From Verrucomicrobiota bacterium (GTDB taxonomy: Bacteria; Verrucomicrobiota; Verrucomicrobiia; Limisphaerales; J093), in the NCBI GenBank assembly GCA_016716505.1, contig JADJWF010000002.1:602434-666433 (forward strand): a stretch of DNA of 64,000 nt. The letters are read 5' to 3'. The notes under the pieces are model-generated. The model had not been told where the DNA came from. It saw only the letters and a list, made by a program, of their open reading frames with translations, and searched no databases. Shown piece after piece: positions 1-9,227 of the stretch. Positions within the stretch are counted from its first letter, which is position 1. The number at the start of each line of letters is the position of its first letter. Both the position numbers and the translations under genes were made by a program.

Positions 1-954
1 CAACGCATGCGCTTCCGGTATCAGCTCGACGGGCATGACCGCGACTGGCGCGATGATGAGGACAACCGGCGGACGGCGATCTACACCGGTCTGCACCCCG
101 GCAGGTACACCTTTCGCGTCACGGCCTGCAACAACCACGGCATCTGGAACGAACAACCCGCGGAGTTTTCTTTCACCCTCGCCCCGCAGTTCTGGCAGAC
201 ATGGTGGTTTTATGTTCTCGCCGCGATGGGCTTGCTGGCCTTGGGCGGCGCGATCCAAGCCTACCGCCTCCGTTGGCAACGGCGTCTGCTCCAGACAGAA
301 CAACGCCAGGCGCTGGCGGACGAACGCTCGCGCATCGCCCGCGATTTGCACGATGACCTGGGCGCCGCGCTCACCGGGCTGGCTCTGCAAGTGGACGTGT
401 TGCGTCGGGCCGCACACGCCAGCCCGGCCCTGAAAGAGCGTCTGGCCGACACCGCTGGACGTATTCGCGCGCTCGCGCGGCACATGCGCGAGGTGGTATG
501 GACCGTGAACCCGAGTTGCGACACCGTGTCCAGCTTCGCCAGTTTCCTGGAACAGCAAGCCGGGCAGTTCGACAAGGCGGTGGATCTGCGCTGCCGGCTC
601 GAATTCCCAGAGGACATCCCGGAGCTGCCACTGGACGGCCAGACACGGCACGAACTGGCCCTTGCCGTGCGAGAAGCGATCACGAACGTCGTACGCCACG
701 CGGCCGCGAGCGAAATTGTATTGGGCCTTGAAATCGCGGCTGATCAGCTTCGCGTGCGGATTGCGGACAATGGGCGGGGCTTCCTCGTCAACGACGCCGA
801 GCCTTCTGGGCACGGGTTGGCCAACATGTGCGCCCGTTTGCAACGGGTCGCCGGGCGTTGCGAATACCGCTCCGCTCCCGGCGCCGGAACGACCATCGAG
901 TTGTGCGTGCCGCTCAACCGATCCAGCCATGCCGGAAGGCCAACCACACCATGA
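1..954 (+). CDS. Sensor histidine kinase, C-terminal part (5' end outside window), HisKA_3/NarL-partner type
   Basis: The frame is open to the window edge. It shows the end of a Y_Y_Y-like periplasmic repeat (YTFRVTACNNHGIWNE), a TM helix (WWFYVLAAMGLLALGG), the H-box RSRIARDLHDDLGAAL, and HATPase_c boxes (EAITNVVRHA, DNGRGF, GHGLANM). Confidence 0.85.
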   Translation, partial: QRMRFRYQLDGHDRDWRDDEDNRRTAIYTGLHPGRYTFRVTACNNHGIWNEQPAEFSFTLAPQFWQTWWFYVLAAMGLLALGGAIQAYRLRWQRRLLQTEQRQALADERSRIARDLHDDLGAALTGLALQVDVLRRAAHASPALKERLADTAGRIRALARHMREVVWTVNPSCDTVSSFASFLEQQAGQFDKAVDLRCRLEFPEDIPELPLDGQTRHELALAVREAITNVVRHAAASEIVLGLEIAADQLRVRIADNGRGFLVNDAEPSGHGLANMCARLQRVAGRCEYRSAPGAGTTIELCVPLNRSSHAGRPTTP

Positions 955-1577
955 GCATTCGCGTGGGCATCGTGGAGGACGACCGCAGCTTCCGGGAAAA
1001 CTTGGCGGCGTGGATTGATCAAACGCCCGGCTTCTCCTGCGTGGCTGCGTGCGCCAGCGCCGAGGAAGCCTTGAAGCGTCTGCCGAACTCCGCTCCCGAC
1101 GTCGTGCTGATGGACATTCACCTGCCCGGCCAATCTGGAATCACCTGCGTCCTCCGGCTGCGGCGCGTGCTGCCGCAAACCCAGGTCATCATGCTGACGG
1201 TCGAAGAGGACAGCGAACAGGTGTTTGAGTCCTTGAAGGCCGGGGCCACTGGCTACTTGGTCAAGCACGTCACGCCGGAAGAAATCCTGGAAGCGGTCGC
1301 GGAGGTGCATCGGGGCGGCGCGCCGATGTCCAGCCACGTCGCGCGCCGGGTGGTGGCAGCCTTCCAGCAACCGGCGCGAACCGACGCCGCGGCAGTTCAA
1401 CTCTCGTCGCGGGAGGAGGAGATTGTCCGCCTGCTGGCCAAGGGAGCTCGTTCGAAAGAAATCGCCGACCGGCTTGGCATCAGCTTCGGCACCGTCAACA
1501 CCCATGTGCGGCATATCTACGAGAAGCTGCACGTTCGCTCGCGGGCGGAGGCGGTCGCGCGGCTCGGGGGCAAGTGA
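951..1577 (+). CDS. NarL/FixJ-family response regulator (REC + LuxR-type HTH)
   Basis: MSIRVGIVEDD...VVLMDIHLPG receiver domain; C-terminal LSSREEEIVRLLAKGARSKEIADRLGISFGTVNTHVRHIYEKLHV. The ATG at 951 overlaps the kinase stop (ATGA). Confidence 0.9.
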   Translation: MSIRVGIVEDDRSFRENLAAWIDQTPGFSCVAACASAEEALKRLPNSAPDVVLMDIHLPGQSGITCVLRLRRVLPQTQVIMLTVEEDSEQVFESLKAGATGYLVKHVTPEEILEAVAEVHRGGAPMSSHVARRVVAAFQQPARTDAAAVQLSSREEEIVRLLAKGARSKEIADRLGISFGTVNTHVRHIYEKLHVRSRAEAVARLGGK

Positions 1578-1902
1578 CTACTTCCAATCAGTAACGGTGA
1601 GCCAAGGCCCCGAAAACGGCTTTGAATTGGGCGGGCGTTGTCGCGTCCGGCAACCGTCCTTATTCTCACGCCGCAAGAGACCCGGCTTCAACTCGAGGTC
1701 GTCGCCAACACCGACCACTCGATCCACGCCGCACTCGTCGCCGTCGAGTGCCCTCGTCCGCCGTTTCGCCCGATCACCCTGTCAACTCCATCGCCCTCTT
1801 CGTGGTTGAGTTGTCCCCAGTTCTGGTGACTTTTCGGATGGATCGAAACCACTACCCTGAAGTGCGTTGTTTCTGCGCGTCCGTTCTCAGCGCGCAGTGT
1901 GT

Positions 1903-1939
1903 GAAAGGGCCGGACCTGTTTGTCCGGCCTTTCTCTTTT
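1903..1939 (+). terminator. Rho-independent terminator
   Basis: GAAAGGGCCGGAC-CTGTTT-GTCCGGCCTTTC (about 12 bp GC-rich stem, one bulge) followed by TCTTTT. A T-tract is present only in the + orientation. Confidence 0.6.
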
Positions 1940-2113
1940 GATCCGTGGCGTTCCCGCGTTCGACGGCCGGCCGCCACCGGCTGACATTGAGGTTTCCCAA
2001 ACGATTTGCCGGCGGGGGCTTCCGCCTGCGGCGCCCAAACGCGCGCTGATTGCCGGTTGCTATTCACGCTCGCCGGCGCATTCTTGGAGGGCGCTTGGGC
2101 GCGGTGCGACATT

Positions 2114-2284
2114 ATGGAGATTCTTTACCTCATTGGTCTGGTCGGGCTGTGGATTGTCCTCATGAAGTGGGTGTTGCCGAGGTTCAAGGTCAGCGGCTGC
2201 CGATCGGCCACCTGCACCGGGGTGCCGAAGCGAAAGTCGGGACCGGAGGTGAATTCGCAGTGCGGTTGCGGTCACGACCACTGA
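2114..2284 (+). CDS. Small membrane protein with Cys-rich tail (56 aa), resembles FeoB-associated Cys-rich membrane proteins
   Basis: ATG at 2114 inside ORF 2006..2284: MEILYLIGLVGLWIVLMKWVLPRF (TM helix), then SGCRSATC...QCGCGHDH. Local GC is lower than the surroundings. There is no other support. Confidence 0.35.
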   Translation: MEILYLIGLVGLWIVLMKWVLPRFKVSGCRSATCTGVPKRKSGPEVNSQCGCGHDH

Positions 2285-2357
2285 ACCAGGCAGCCGGCCG
2301 CTTGTGGAGTCTGTTCGCGGTCTGACGCGATGGGAGGTAGGTTGAATTTTGTTTTTC

Positions 2358-3125
2358 ATGAGAATTGCCTTGTGCCAGTTCGACATCGCGTGGCTCGACC
2401 GGCCGAAGAACTACGCGACCGTCCGCCATTTGGTGGAGTCCCGAAAGCCGGCTGAGGGTTCGCTGCTCGTTCTGCCTGAGATGTTCTCGACCGGCTTTTC
2501 GCTCGACACGTTGGAAACCCGGGAATGGCCGGGCGGTGACACCGAAAACTTTCTCTCGGATCTCGCGCAGGATTTCGGCCTGTATGTCCTCGCCGGATTG
2601 GTGCGGGCGGCCTCGGCGGGCGCGGCGCGCAACGAAGCCACCCTGGTCGGTCCCCGCGGGCGCGAACTGGGCCGCTACGGCAAGCTTCACCTGTTTTCGG
2701 CCGCCGGTGAGGATCGCGCGCACTCCCCCGGCGACGGGGTGGAGACGTTCCCGGTGGAAAACACCATCGTGGCGCCGTTTGTCTGTTATGACCTGCGGTT
2801 TCCCGAGATCTTCCGGATGGCGGTCCAGAAGCGGGCGGAGGTGCTCGTGGTGATCGCCAACTGGCCGACGGTCCGGGTGGATCACTGGGTGACGCTCTTG
2901 CGGGCCCGCGCGATCGAGAACCTCGCCTACGTGATCGGCGTGAATCGGATCGGTCGGGATCCCGAACGCGAATACCCCGGGCGCAGCCTCGTGGTGGACC
3001 CGCGGGGCGAGGTGGTCATGGACGCCGGGGATCGCGCAGGCGTGTTTGAAGTGGAGCTGGACCTCGCGGGTTTGCGCGCGTGGCGCGAGGAGTTCCCGGC
3101 CCTCCGCGACGCGCGCTACTTCTGA
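2358..3125 (+). CDS. Carbon-nitrogen hydrolase family protein (YafV/omega-amidase-like)
   Basis: MRIALCQFDIAW..., LVLPEMFSTGF (catalytic Glu region), FVCYDLRFPE (catalytic Cys), ANWP...RARAIEN. Collinear with E. coli YafV. The ATG at 2358 is preferred over the TTG at 2349. Confidence 0.85.
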   Translation: MRIALCQFDIAWLDRPKNYATVRHLVESRKPAEGSLLVLPEMFSTGFSLDTLETREWPGGDTENFLSDLAQDFGLYVLAGLVRAASAGAARNEATLVGPRGRELGRYGKLHLFSAAGEDRAHSPGDGVETFPVENTIVAPFVCYDLRFPEIFRMAVQKRAEVLVVIANWPTVRVDHWVTLLRARAIENLAYVIGVNRIGRDPEREYPGRSLVVDPRGEVVMDAGDRAGVFEVELDLAGLRAWREEFPALRDARYF

Positions 3126-3130
3126 CCCGC

Positions 3131-3688
3131 ATGACCCGCGCGGAAGCCTGGCAGTTGCTGACGGAGTACACGACGTCGGAGTCGCTGCGCAAACACGGCC
3201 TCGCGGTGGAGGCGGCCATGCGTCACTACGCTCCACGCCTGGGCGGGAACCCCGACGTCTGGGGACTCACCGGCCTGCTGCACGACTTCGATTACGAGCG
3301 CTGGCCCAACCCGCCAGATCACACTCGTGAAGGCGCACGGATCCTCCGCGAGCGCGGCGTGGACGAAGAAATCGTCGGCGCCATCCTCGCCCACGCGGAG
3401 TGGAATCAAGCCGACTACCCCCTCGACCGGCCGATCCGCCGGGCGCTGTTCGCCGTGGACGAACTGTGCGGCTTCGTAACGGCGGTGGCCTACGTCCGTC
3501 CCGACCGCCTCGCGGGCATGACCGCCAGCAGTGTGCGCAAGAAGATGAAACAGCGCTCGTTCGCGGCGGCGGTGAAGCGGGAGGACATCGAAAAAGGCGC
3601 AGCGCTGTTGGAGCTCCCGCTCGACGAACACATCGGCCACGTCATTGCCGCGATGCAGGGGAGCGCGCCCGCCTTGGGGCTGGCTTGA
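3131..3688 (+). CDS. HD-domain metal-dependent phosphohydrolase
   Basis: SLRKHGLAVEAAMRHYA...TGLLHDFDYE (H..HD motif). ATG at 3131, 6 nt after the upstream stop. Confidence 0.8.
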   Translation: MTRAEAWQLLTEYTTSESLRKHGLAVEAAMRHYAPRLGGNPDVWGLTGLLHDFDYERWPNPPDHTREGARILRERGVDEEIVGAILAHAEWNQADYPLDRPIRRALFAVDELCGFVTAVAYVRPDRLAGMTASSVRKKMKQRSFAAAVKREDIEKGAALLELPLDEHIGHVIAAMQGSAPALGLA

Positions 3689-3711
3689 GGCCGGCCTGAC
3701 GCGGGACCGGC

Positions 3712-5055
3712 TCAGCGCTGGCCCCAGATGAAGCTGGCCGCGAACAAGGCGGCGATGCCGTAAAGCCAGGGCGACACCTGGCGGGCTCGGCCCGTACACA
3801 CCCGCACGAGCACCAGCGAAATGAAGCCCACGCCAATCCCGGTGGCGATGCTTTGCGTCAGCGGGATCACCAGCAACGTGAGGAAGGCGGGCAGGCCATC
3901 GTCGGCGGAGATGACGTCCATCTCCTTGACCACGGCCATCATCAGGAACCCGACCACCACCAGCGCCGGGGCGGTGGCGACGGCAGGCACGGCGCTCACG
4001 ATCGGCGCCAAAAACATCGCGAGCAAAAAGCCCGCCGCCACCACCACGGCGGTCAGTCCCGTCCGCCCACCGGCGCTCACGCCCGCCGCGCTCTCGATAT
4101 ACGTGGTCACGGAGCTGCAGCCACATAGGCCACCCCAGATTGCGCCGATCGAGTCCACGAGCAGCACGCGATTGAGTCGCGGCAACCGACCGTGCGCGTC
4201 CAAGAAACCGCCCTGACCGCCGATGCCGATCACCGTTCCCATCGTGTCGAAGAAGTCGGTGATCAGGAACGCGAAGATCACGCCGAACAACGCCGGCTTG
4301 AGCGCGGCGAGGATCTTCGCCTCCCCCAACAGCGAGAAGTCCGGCTTCGAGAACACAGCCGCCGGGGGGAGGAACAGCCGAACGTCTTCTTTGAAGACCA
4401 GGTCGGCGGCTGCGGCCAGCAGTGCCGCGCCCGCAATCCCAATCAGGATGGCGCCCCGCACCCGCCAGGCCAACAACGCCATCAGGAGCACCAGTCCACC
4501 CGCGGACACCAGCGCCGCTTTCGCCGTGAAGGACCCGTGGGTCAGCAGCGCCCCGCCGTCGCCGCGCGCCACCCAACCCATGTTTTGGAGGCCGAGGAAC
4601 GCGATGAACAACCCGATGCCCACACCGATCGCCCGTTTCAGATTCAGCGGAATGGCGTTCATGACGTGCTCGCGCACCCCGCTGAGCACCAGCAGCGTGA
4701 CGAGCCCTCCTTCCACCACGATCACGCCCATCATGGTCTGCCAATCCATCCCGGGTTGCGTTGCGCCGACCACCACGGCGGCGTTCAATCCCATCCCGCT
4801 GGCCAGCGCCAGCGGATAGTTTGCCCACAGGCCCATCAGGAGCGTCGGCACGATCGCGCCCAGACAGGTCATCGCCACCACGGGTTCCTTGGGCATGCCC
4901 GCTCCGGAAAGGATCAGCGGGTTCAGGAAGACGATGTAGGCCATCGTCATGAAGGTGGTGACGCCGGCCGCCAGCTCGCGCCGGAGAGTGGAGCCCGCTT
5001 CAGTCACGCCGAATCGCGAATCCAGGAAGCGGAAGGCCGGTTTGGTAACAGACAT
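3712..5055 (-). CDS. NCS2/AzgA-family purine (adenine/guanine/hypoxanthine) permease
   Basis: FGVTEAGSTLRRELAAGVTTFMTMAYIVFLNP, GMGLNA, SSVTTYIESAAGVSAGGRTGLT. Collinear with PbuG/GhxP. Start taken at MSVTKPAFRF; an alternative ATG lies at 5094. Confidence 0.9.
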   Translation of the reverse strand: MSVTKPAFRFLDSRFGVTEAGSTLRRELAAGVTTFMTMAYIVFLNPLILSGAGMPKEPVVAMTCLGAIVPTLLMGLWANYPLALASGMGLNAAVVVGATQPGMDWQTMMGVIVVEGGLVTLLVLSGVREHVMNAIPLNLKRAIGVGIGLFIAFLGLQNMGWVARGDGGALLTHGSFTAKAALVSAGGLVLLMALLAWRVRGAILIGIAGAALLAAAADLVFKEDVRLFLPPAAVFSKPDFSLLGEAKILAALKPALFGVIFAFLITDFFDTMGTVIGIGGQGGFLDAHGRLPRLNRVLLVDSIGAIWGGLCGCSSVTTYIESAAGVSAGGRTGLTAVVVAAGFLLAMFLAPIVSAVPAVATAPALVVVGFLMMAVVKEMDVISADDGLPAFLTLLVIPLTQSIATGIGVGFISLVLVRVCTGRARQVSPWLYGIAALFAASFIWGQR

Positions 5056-5292
5056 GGAGTACGCCTGCGTCTTGGGTTTCCTCCGGCGACTCATAGCAGG
5101 CCGGCGGCCGTTGGCAATCCCGGCCGACGTCAAACGCGCGGTCGCGGCCGGGCAAAATCCGTGCTCGCCAGTGGCCGTGCCGAGACGTTACCGTCTCGAG
5201 GAAAGCCCGCGGGTATTGGACCGCGGACGATGGGTTGCAAACGCTCTCGTGCGGGCAACCTCACTGCCTGATCTTGCAGGCACCGGGTCTGA

Positions 5293-7365
5293 ATGTCGCA
5301 GTTTAGCCATCCGTCAGTCAGCACAGTTATGACACCATCCTGGCTTCGCATGGTGGGGCGGACGCTTGCGTGGATGCTGGTGAGCGCGCTGGTGGTCTCG
5401 TGCGTGCGTCGCGAGGAACCCTCGGACATGCCGGCACCGCAACCGACCAAGACCAAGGCCAAGAAGCCTCCCGCCCAGACGGCGCCGTCCGCCGGAAAGG
5501 GGGAAAAACCGCCCGTCATCAAGTACAGCGCCATGCACGATGAGGAGATCAAGACGATCTTCGATCTCGCTGCCAAAGGTCGCTGGGAGGAGGCGGAAGC
5601 CCGGGTCAATGGCTTGTGGGCCCGGGATCCCCAGGATCCATCAGTCGAGCGCCTGCGAAAATGGGTGAACGACGAGCGGGAGCAACAGCGGGCGCAGGCG
5701 CTGGAAGACCGGATTCGCGAGGTCGAGGCAAAGAACTCCGTCTTCAATCCCACCATCAAGGACATCTTCACCGAGAACAAGGATCGCGGCCTGCCGCCGC
5801 GGAAGGACGTGCGGGACGCCGTCAACGCCATCGAGTCCACGCCCTACATCCCGCCCAACTATGGGAAGACCAACACCGCGCGGGGGCTGCTCTTCGACTT
5901 CGAATCCCGGCAGGGCCGCATGGCCAAGGTGCTCGAGCGCGAGATCTCCGTGGCGCTCGACAACGCCACCCTCGAATCCATCATCTTCAAGATCGGCCAG
6001 GAGGAGGGCATCAACTTCGTGGCCGACAAATCGCTCGAAGCCTTCCAGAAGAAGCTCAGCGTCAATATGGGCCGGGTGAAGCTGGCCAACTTCCTCCGCT
6101 ACGTCTCGCGCAACTTGGATCTCCAATTTCAGGTGGGCGACGACCTCATCTGGGTCGTGGACGGCAAGGATCCGAAGAAGGCCATGGAAGAGACCCGATT
6201 CTACCGGCTCAAGAAAGGCTTTATCCTGCCGGCCGAGTTCGGGCCACCCGAGGTGGTGACGACCCGGACCATTCAGAACAACGTCCAGACCATCACGGAG
6301 CAGCAGAAGATCAACAAGTTCGTCAACGACCTCGTCCCGAACTACCCGGCGATCGAGCGGGCGGTGACCAATTTCTTCACCGGCTCGAAATTCTTCATTG
6401 ATTACGAGCGCAACCTGATCGTCGCGCGCGGCAAGCCGGACGAACTCGAGGTGGTGGAGCGGATCATCGAGGAGTTCGACCGCCCGCTGCAACAAGTGCT
6501 CATCGAAGCCAAGTTCGTGACCATCAGCGAGGCGGCCTTCCTCCGGCTGGGCGCCGTCTGGGGGGCGGGCCGGCCCCCGATCGCGGGCGGGGCTGAGGCG
6601 GGAACAGACCAAACGGGCCTGGCCTTTCTCGGCGTGGCGCCGGGCTTCAATTACACCATCACCAACGTTTTCGGACTTTCCGATCTGTACACGACCCTGA
6701 CCGCGACGGAACAAACCGGCGAGAGCCAGGTGTTGAGCGCGCCCCGGCTGACCGTCATCAACAATCGGCCGGCGACGATCAGCGACGGCAAGGTGCAGTA
6801 CTACTACGAGGAGTACCAGGTGAAGAGCACGATCCTTGAGCAACGCTCCTCCTCGGCCCTGGTGCCCAGCGGCCGGCCCACCAAGATCACCTCGGGCGCG
6901 GAACTGGACGTGCTGGCCAGCATCGGCGGCGACGGGCGGACGATCTTCCTGGCGTTGAACCCGCGGGTGAACTCGGATGTGAAACTCGCCCCGTTCGCCA
7001 CGATCACCGACTACAACTCCGCGGGCAACCCCGTCAGCACCTTCGACATCAAACTGCCGGAGTATCGCACCCAGGAACTGGCCACGCGCGTGGCGATCCG
7101 GTCGGGCGAGACCGTCGTCATGGGCGGCGTGCTGGAGCGCACCCAGGTGAAGTACGTGGAATCCGTCCCGGTGCTGGGCAACATTCCCATCTTGGGGGCA
7201 GCTTTCCGCCGCCGCACTGAGCTGGACCGGCCGCGCTACCTGCTCATCTTCGTCACCGCGACCGTGCTGGACGAGGATGGCAGCTTCATCCAGTACGAAC
7301 CGCCGATCGTCGGCTCGCGCAGCGGTGCGACCGGTGATTCTGCGGCCTTGGGCACCGGCCAGTAA
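5293..7365 (+). CDS. Secretin (type II/IV secretion outer-membrane channel), probable lipoprotein
   Basis: Lipobox-like ALVVSC; STN/N0-like segment (ISVALDNATLESIIFKIGQEEGINFVAD); C-terminal secretin domain (LSAPRLTVINNRPATI..., VPVLGNIPILGAAFRRRTELDRPRYLLIFVTATVL). Confidence 0.85.
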   Translation: MSQFSHPSVSTVMTPSWLRMVGRTLAWMLVSALVVSCVRREEPSDMPAPQPTKTKAKKPPAQTAPSAGKGEKPPVIKYSAMHDEEIKTIFDLAAKGRWEEAEARVNGLWARDPQDPSVERLRKWVNDEREQQRAQALEDRIREVEAKNSVFNPTIKDIFTENKDRGLPPRKDVRDAVNAIESTPYIPPNYGKTNTARGLLFDFESRQGRMAKVLEREISVALDNATLESIIFKIGQEEGINFVADKSLEAFQKKLSVNMGRVKLANFLRYVSRNLDLQFQVGDDLIWVVDGKDPKKAMEETRFYRLKKGFILPAEFGPPEVVTTRTIQNNVQTITEQQKINKFVNDLVPNYPAIERAVTNFFTGSKFFIDYERNLIVARGKPDELEVVERIIEEFDRPLQQVLIEAKFVTISEAAFLRLGAVWGAGRPPIAGGAEAGTDQTGLAFLGVAPGFNYTITNVFGLSDLYTTLTATEQTGESQVLSAPRLTVINNRPATISDGKVQYYYEEYQVKSTILEQRSSSALVPSGRPTKITSGAELDVLASIGGDGRTIFLALNPRVNSDVKLAPFATITDYNSAGNPVSTFDIKLPEYRTQELATRVAIRSGETVVMGGVLERTQVKYVESVPVLGNIPILGAAFRRRTELDRPRYLLIFVTATVLDEDGSFIQYEPPIVGSRSGATGDSAALGTGQ

Positions 7366-7376
7366 GCACCCCGGCG

Positions 7377-9227
7377 ATGGCCAGTCTCTCCCCGCCCCGC
7401 CTTCAAAGAGTGCTGCCCTTGTTGTCCCGGCGGGTGGTGGCGGTGGATCCCGGCAGCCGCTGCCTGAAGATCGTCGTCGCGGACACCACTCTGGGGCAGT
7501 TTCGCATCGCCCGGCGGGAAGTGGTGGACCTGGCGGCCGAGTCGCTGGTGACGCCGGAGGAGATTCAGGAACACCTGTCGGCCAGCTTTCCAGATCTGGC
7601 CGGTCTGCCATTGGCACTGGTCCTGGGGCAGAACCGCTGCATCAACCAGGTGGTGGATGTGCCGGAGGTCCGGCGAGAGGATCTCCGCGACGTCCTGCGC
7701 GAGGAAGCCGCCCGGGTGAGCGGGCTGCCAGCGGACTCTTTGAGTTGCGAGGCGGTCCGGCTGCCGCCTTTCGGCCAGTACCAGCGTCCCCGCTGGCTGA
7801 CGCTGTGCAAAACGCGGGAGGTGGACGCGCTGATCGAGCGATACGGACCGCCCTTCGCCGAACCCGGCGCGGAAGCCAGCCCCCCGCAACTGGTGGATGT
7901 GGTCACCACGGCGCACGCCCTTCTGGCGGCCGCCCACCGCCGGCGCCTGGGCGGCGACCATGCGGTGTTCGTGGACTTGGGCGCAAATACCACCACGGTG
8001 GTGCTTCAAGTTCGGGGCCACGGGGTCTTTGCCACCAGCCTGCCAAGGGGGACAGCATCATTCGCCGCCGCCCTCGCCAAAGCCACCGGGCTGTCCCCGG
8101 AGGAAGCGGACCTGCGGCGTCGCACCACAAACCTTTTTGTAGGGGAGAACGCCGATCCTGGTGTCGCCAAGGCGGTCGAAGCCTGGGCGGTGGAGTTGCG
8201 GCTCGCCGTGAGCGAATGGCTGGAAGACCACGCCGCCCTGGGGCTGCATCCGGCGAGTCTGCCGGCTTATCTCTGCGGCGGTGGCGCGAGCCAACCCGGG
8301 TTGCTCGCGCAGGTGAACAGCCTGGCGGGACTCCGCCTGCAACTCTGGCCGGTGGACGATGACGCCGAGGCGCCACCGGAAAGGCTGGCGTTCGTGGTCG
8401 CCGAAGGCGCGGCCCTGCACGCCTTCGGGCATGTGCGACACCGGGTTTCCCTGCTGCCTCCGGAGTTCCGGATGGGCGTCCACCGGCAGTTCGCCTGGGA
8501 GATTGTTCAGACCCTGGTGGTGGCGCTGCTGGTGGGTCTCGCGGGCGCGCTGGGCTACGGCATCTGGCAGCAGGCCAGCCTGCTGGCGGCGAAGCAGGCG
8601 TTTACTGAATCCGCCGCCGCCTCCCTGGCCCATGCGCGGCGGCTGGACGAACTGTTCATCCGGGTCAACTCACAGTTCGAGCGCCTGCGCCCGGTCTTCC
8701 AACGTCAGCGCGAGACCGTCCGCCTGCTTGAAGCGCTCGGCGCGGTGGGGCGTTCCCGGACCAACGACAGCTTCTGGTATGTGCTCTTCGCGGATGCCTC
8801 GAGCTACGCCAGCGGCTCGGTGGTTCCGGCCGCGAATACGAACGGCCCCCTCGCAACGGTGAACGGGCCGGCACCGAACCCGGGCACCTTTCGCCGGGAG
8901 TTCATCGCCGAGATCTGCATCCCCGCCGAGGGGGAGGCCATGCGCGCCACGCTCAGCCAGGTGCTGACCGAGTTGAAGGCCAGCGAGGTGTTCCACTGGG
9001 TGGACGCCCTGCCGCCGGAGCGGCGGCGGTTTGACCTCGTGGATCCGCGGGTCGTGATCTCCAACCGCTGGTTCGGGGTGAGCATGGAGATCCTGGAGGA
9101 CGACCTGCCCGAACCGCTGCGCGTCCAGCGCGAGGGCCGCCCGCAGTCCACCGCGACCAACGTCACCAGCGCCCGCCGGGCGGGCACGGGCGCCCCGCCC
9201 ACCAACGCGGCGCGTTTGAAGCGATGA
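7377..9227 (+). CDS. PilM-like actin-fold assembly protein fused to a TM segment and a PilN/GspL-like periplasmic domain
   Basis: VVAVDPGSRCLKIVVAD (PilM N-terminus), later LLPPEFRMGVHRQFAWEIVQTLVVALLVGLAGALGYGIW (PilN-type TM). Sits between the secretin and the ATPase. Confidence 0.6.
   Translation: MASLSPPRLQRVLPLLSRRVVAVDPGSRCLKIVVADTTLGQFRIARREVVDLAAESLVTPEEIQEHLSASFPDLAGLPLALVLGQNRCINQVVDVPEVRREDLRDVLREEAARVSGLPADSLSCEAVRLPPFGQYQRPRWLTLCKTREVDALIERYGPPFAEPGAEASPPQLVDVVTTAHALLAAAHRRRLGGDHAVFVDLGANTTTVVLQVRGHGVFATSLPRGTASFAAALAKATGLSPEEADLRRRTTNLFVGENADPGVAKAVEAWAVELRLAVSEWLEDHAALGLHPASLPAYLCGGGASQPGLLAQVNSLAGLRLQLWPVDDDAEAPPERLAFVVAEGAALHAFGHVRHRVSLLPPEFRMGVHRQFAWEIVQTLVVALLVGLAGALGYGIWQQASLLAAKQAFTESAAASLAHARRLDELFIRVNSQFERLRPVFQRQRETVRLLEALGAVGRSRTNDSFWYVLFADASSYASGSVVPAANTNGPLATVNGPAPNPGTFRREFIAEICIPAEGEAMRATLSQVLTELKASEVFHWVDALPPERRRFDLVDPRVVISNRWFGVSMEILEDDLPEPLRVQREGRPQSTATNVTSARRAGTGAPPTNAARLKR

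Noticed and set aside
5181-5226. Canonical purine (guanine/adenine) riboswitch in the permease leader
   Set aside because: The hairpin spacing is reminiscent, but the second loop is a 4-nt GNRA loop, no P1 helix can be formed, and the conserved J1-2 and J3-1 nucleotides are absent.
5641-7617. 658-aa antisense ORF opposite the secretin gene. Similar long shadow ORFs: 3116..4828(-), 44372..46318(-), 52561..53985(-), 57003..58193(-), 61223..62626(-), 62673..63911(-), 10962..11720(-), 47441..48520(-)
   Set aside because: Their composition is typical of non-coding frames in high-GC DNA (Arg/Gly/Ala/Pro/His-rich, no recognisable domains). Each lies opposite a gene with clear family signatures.
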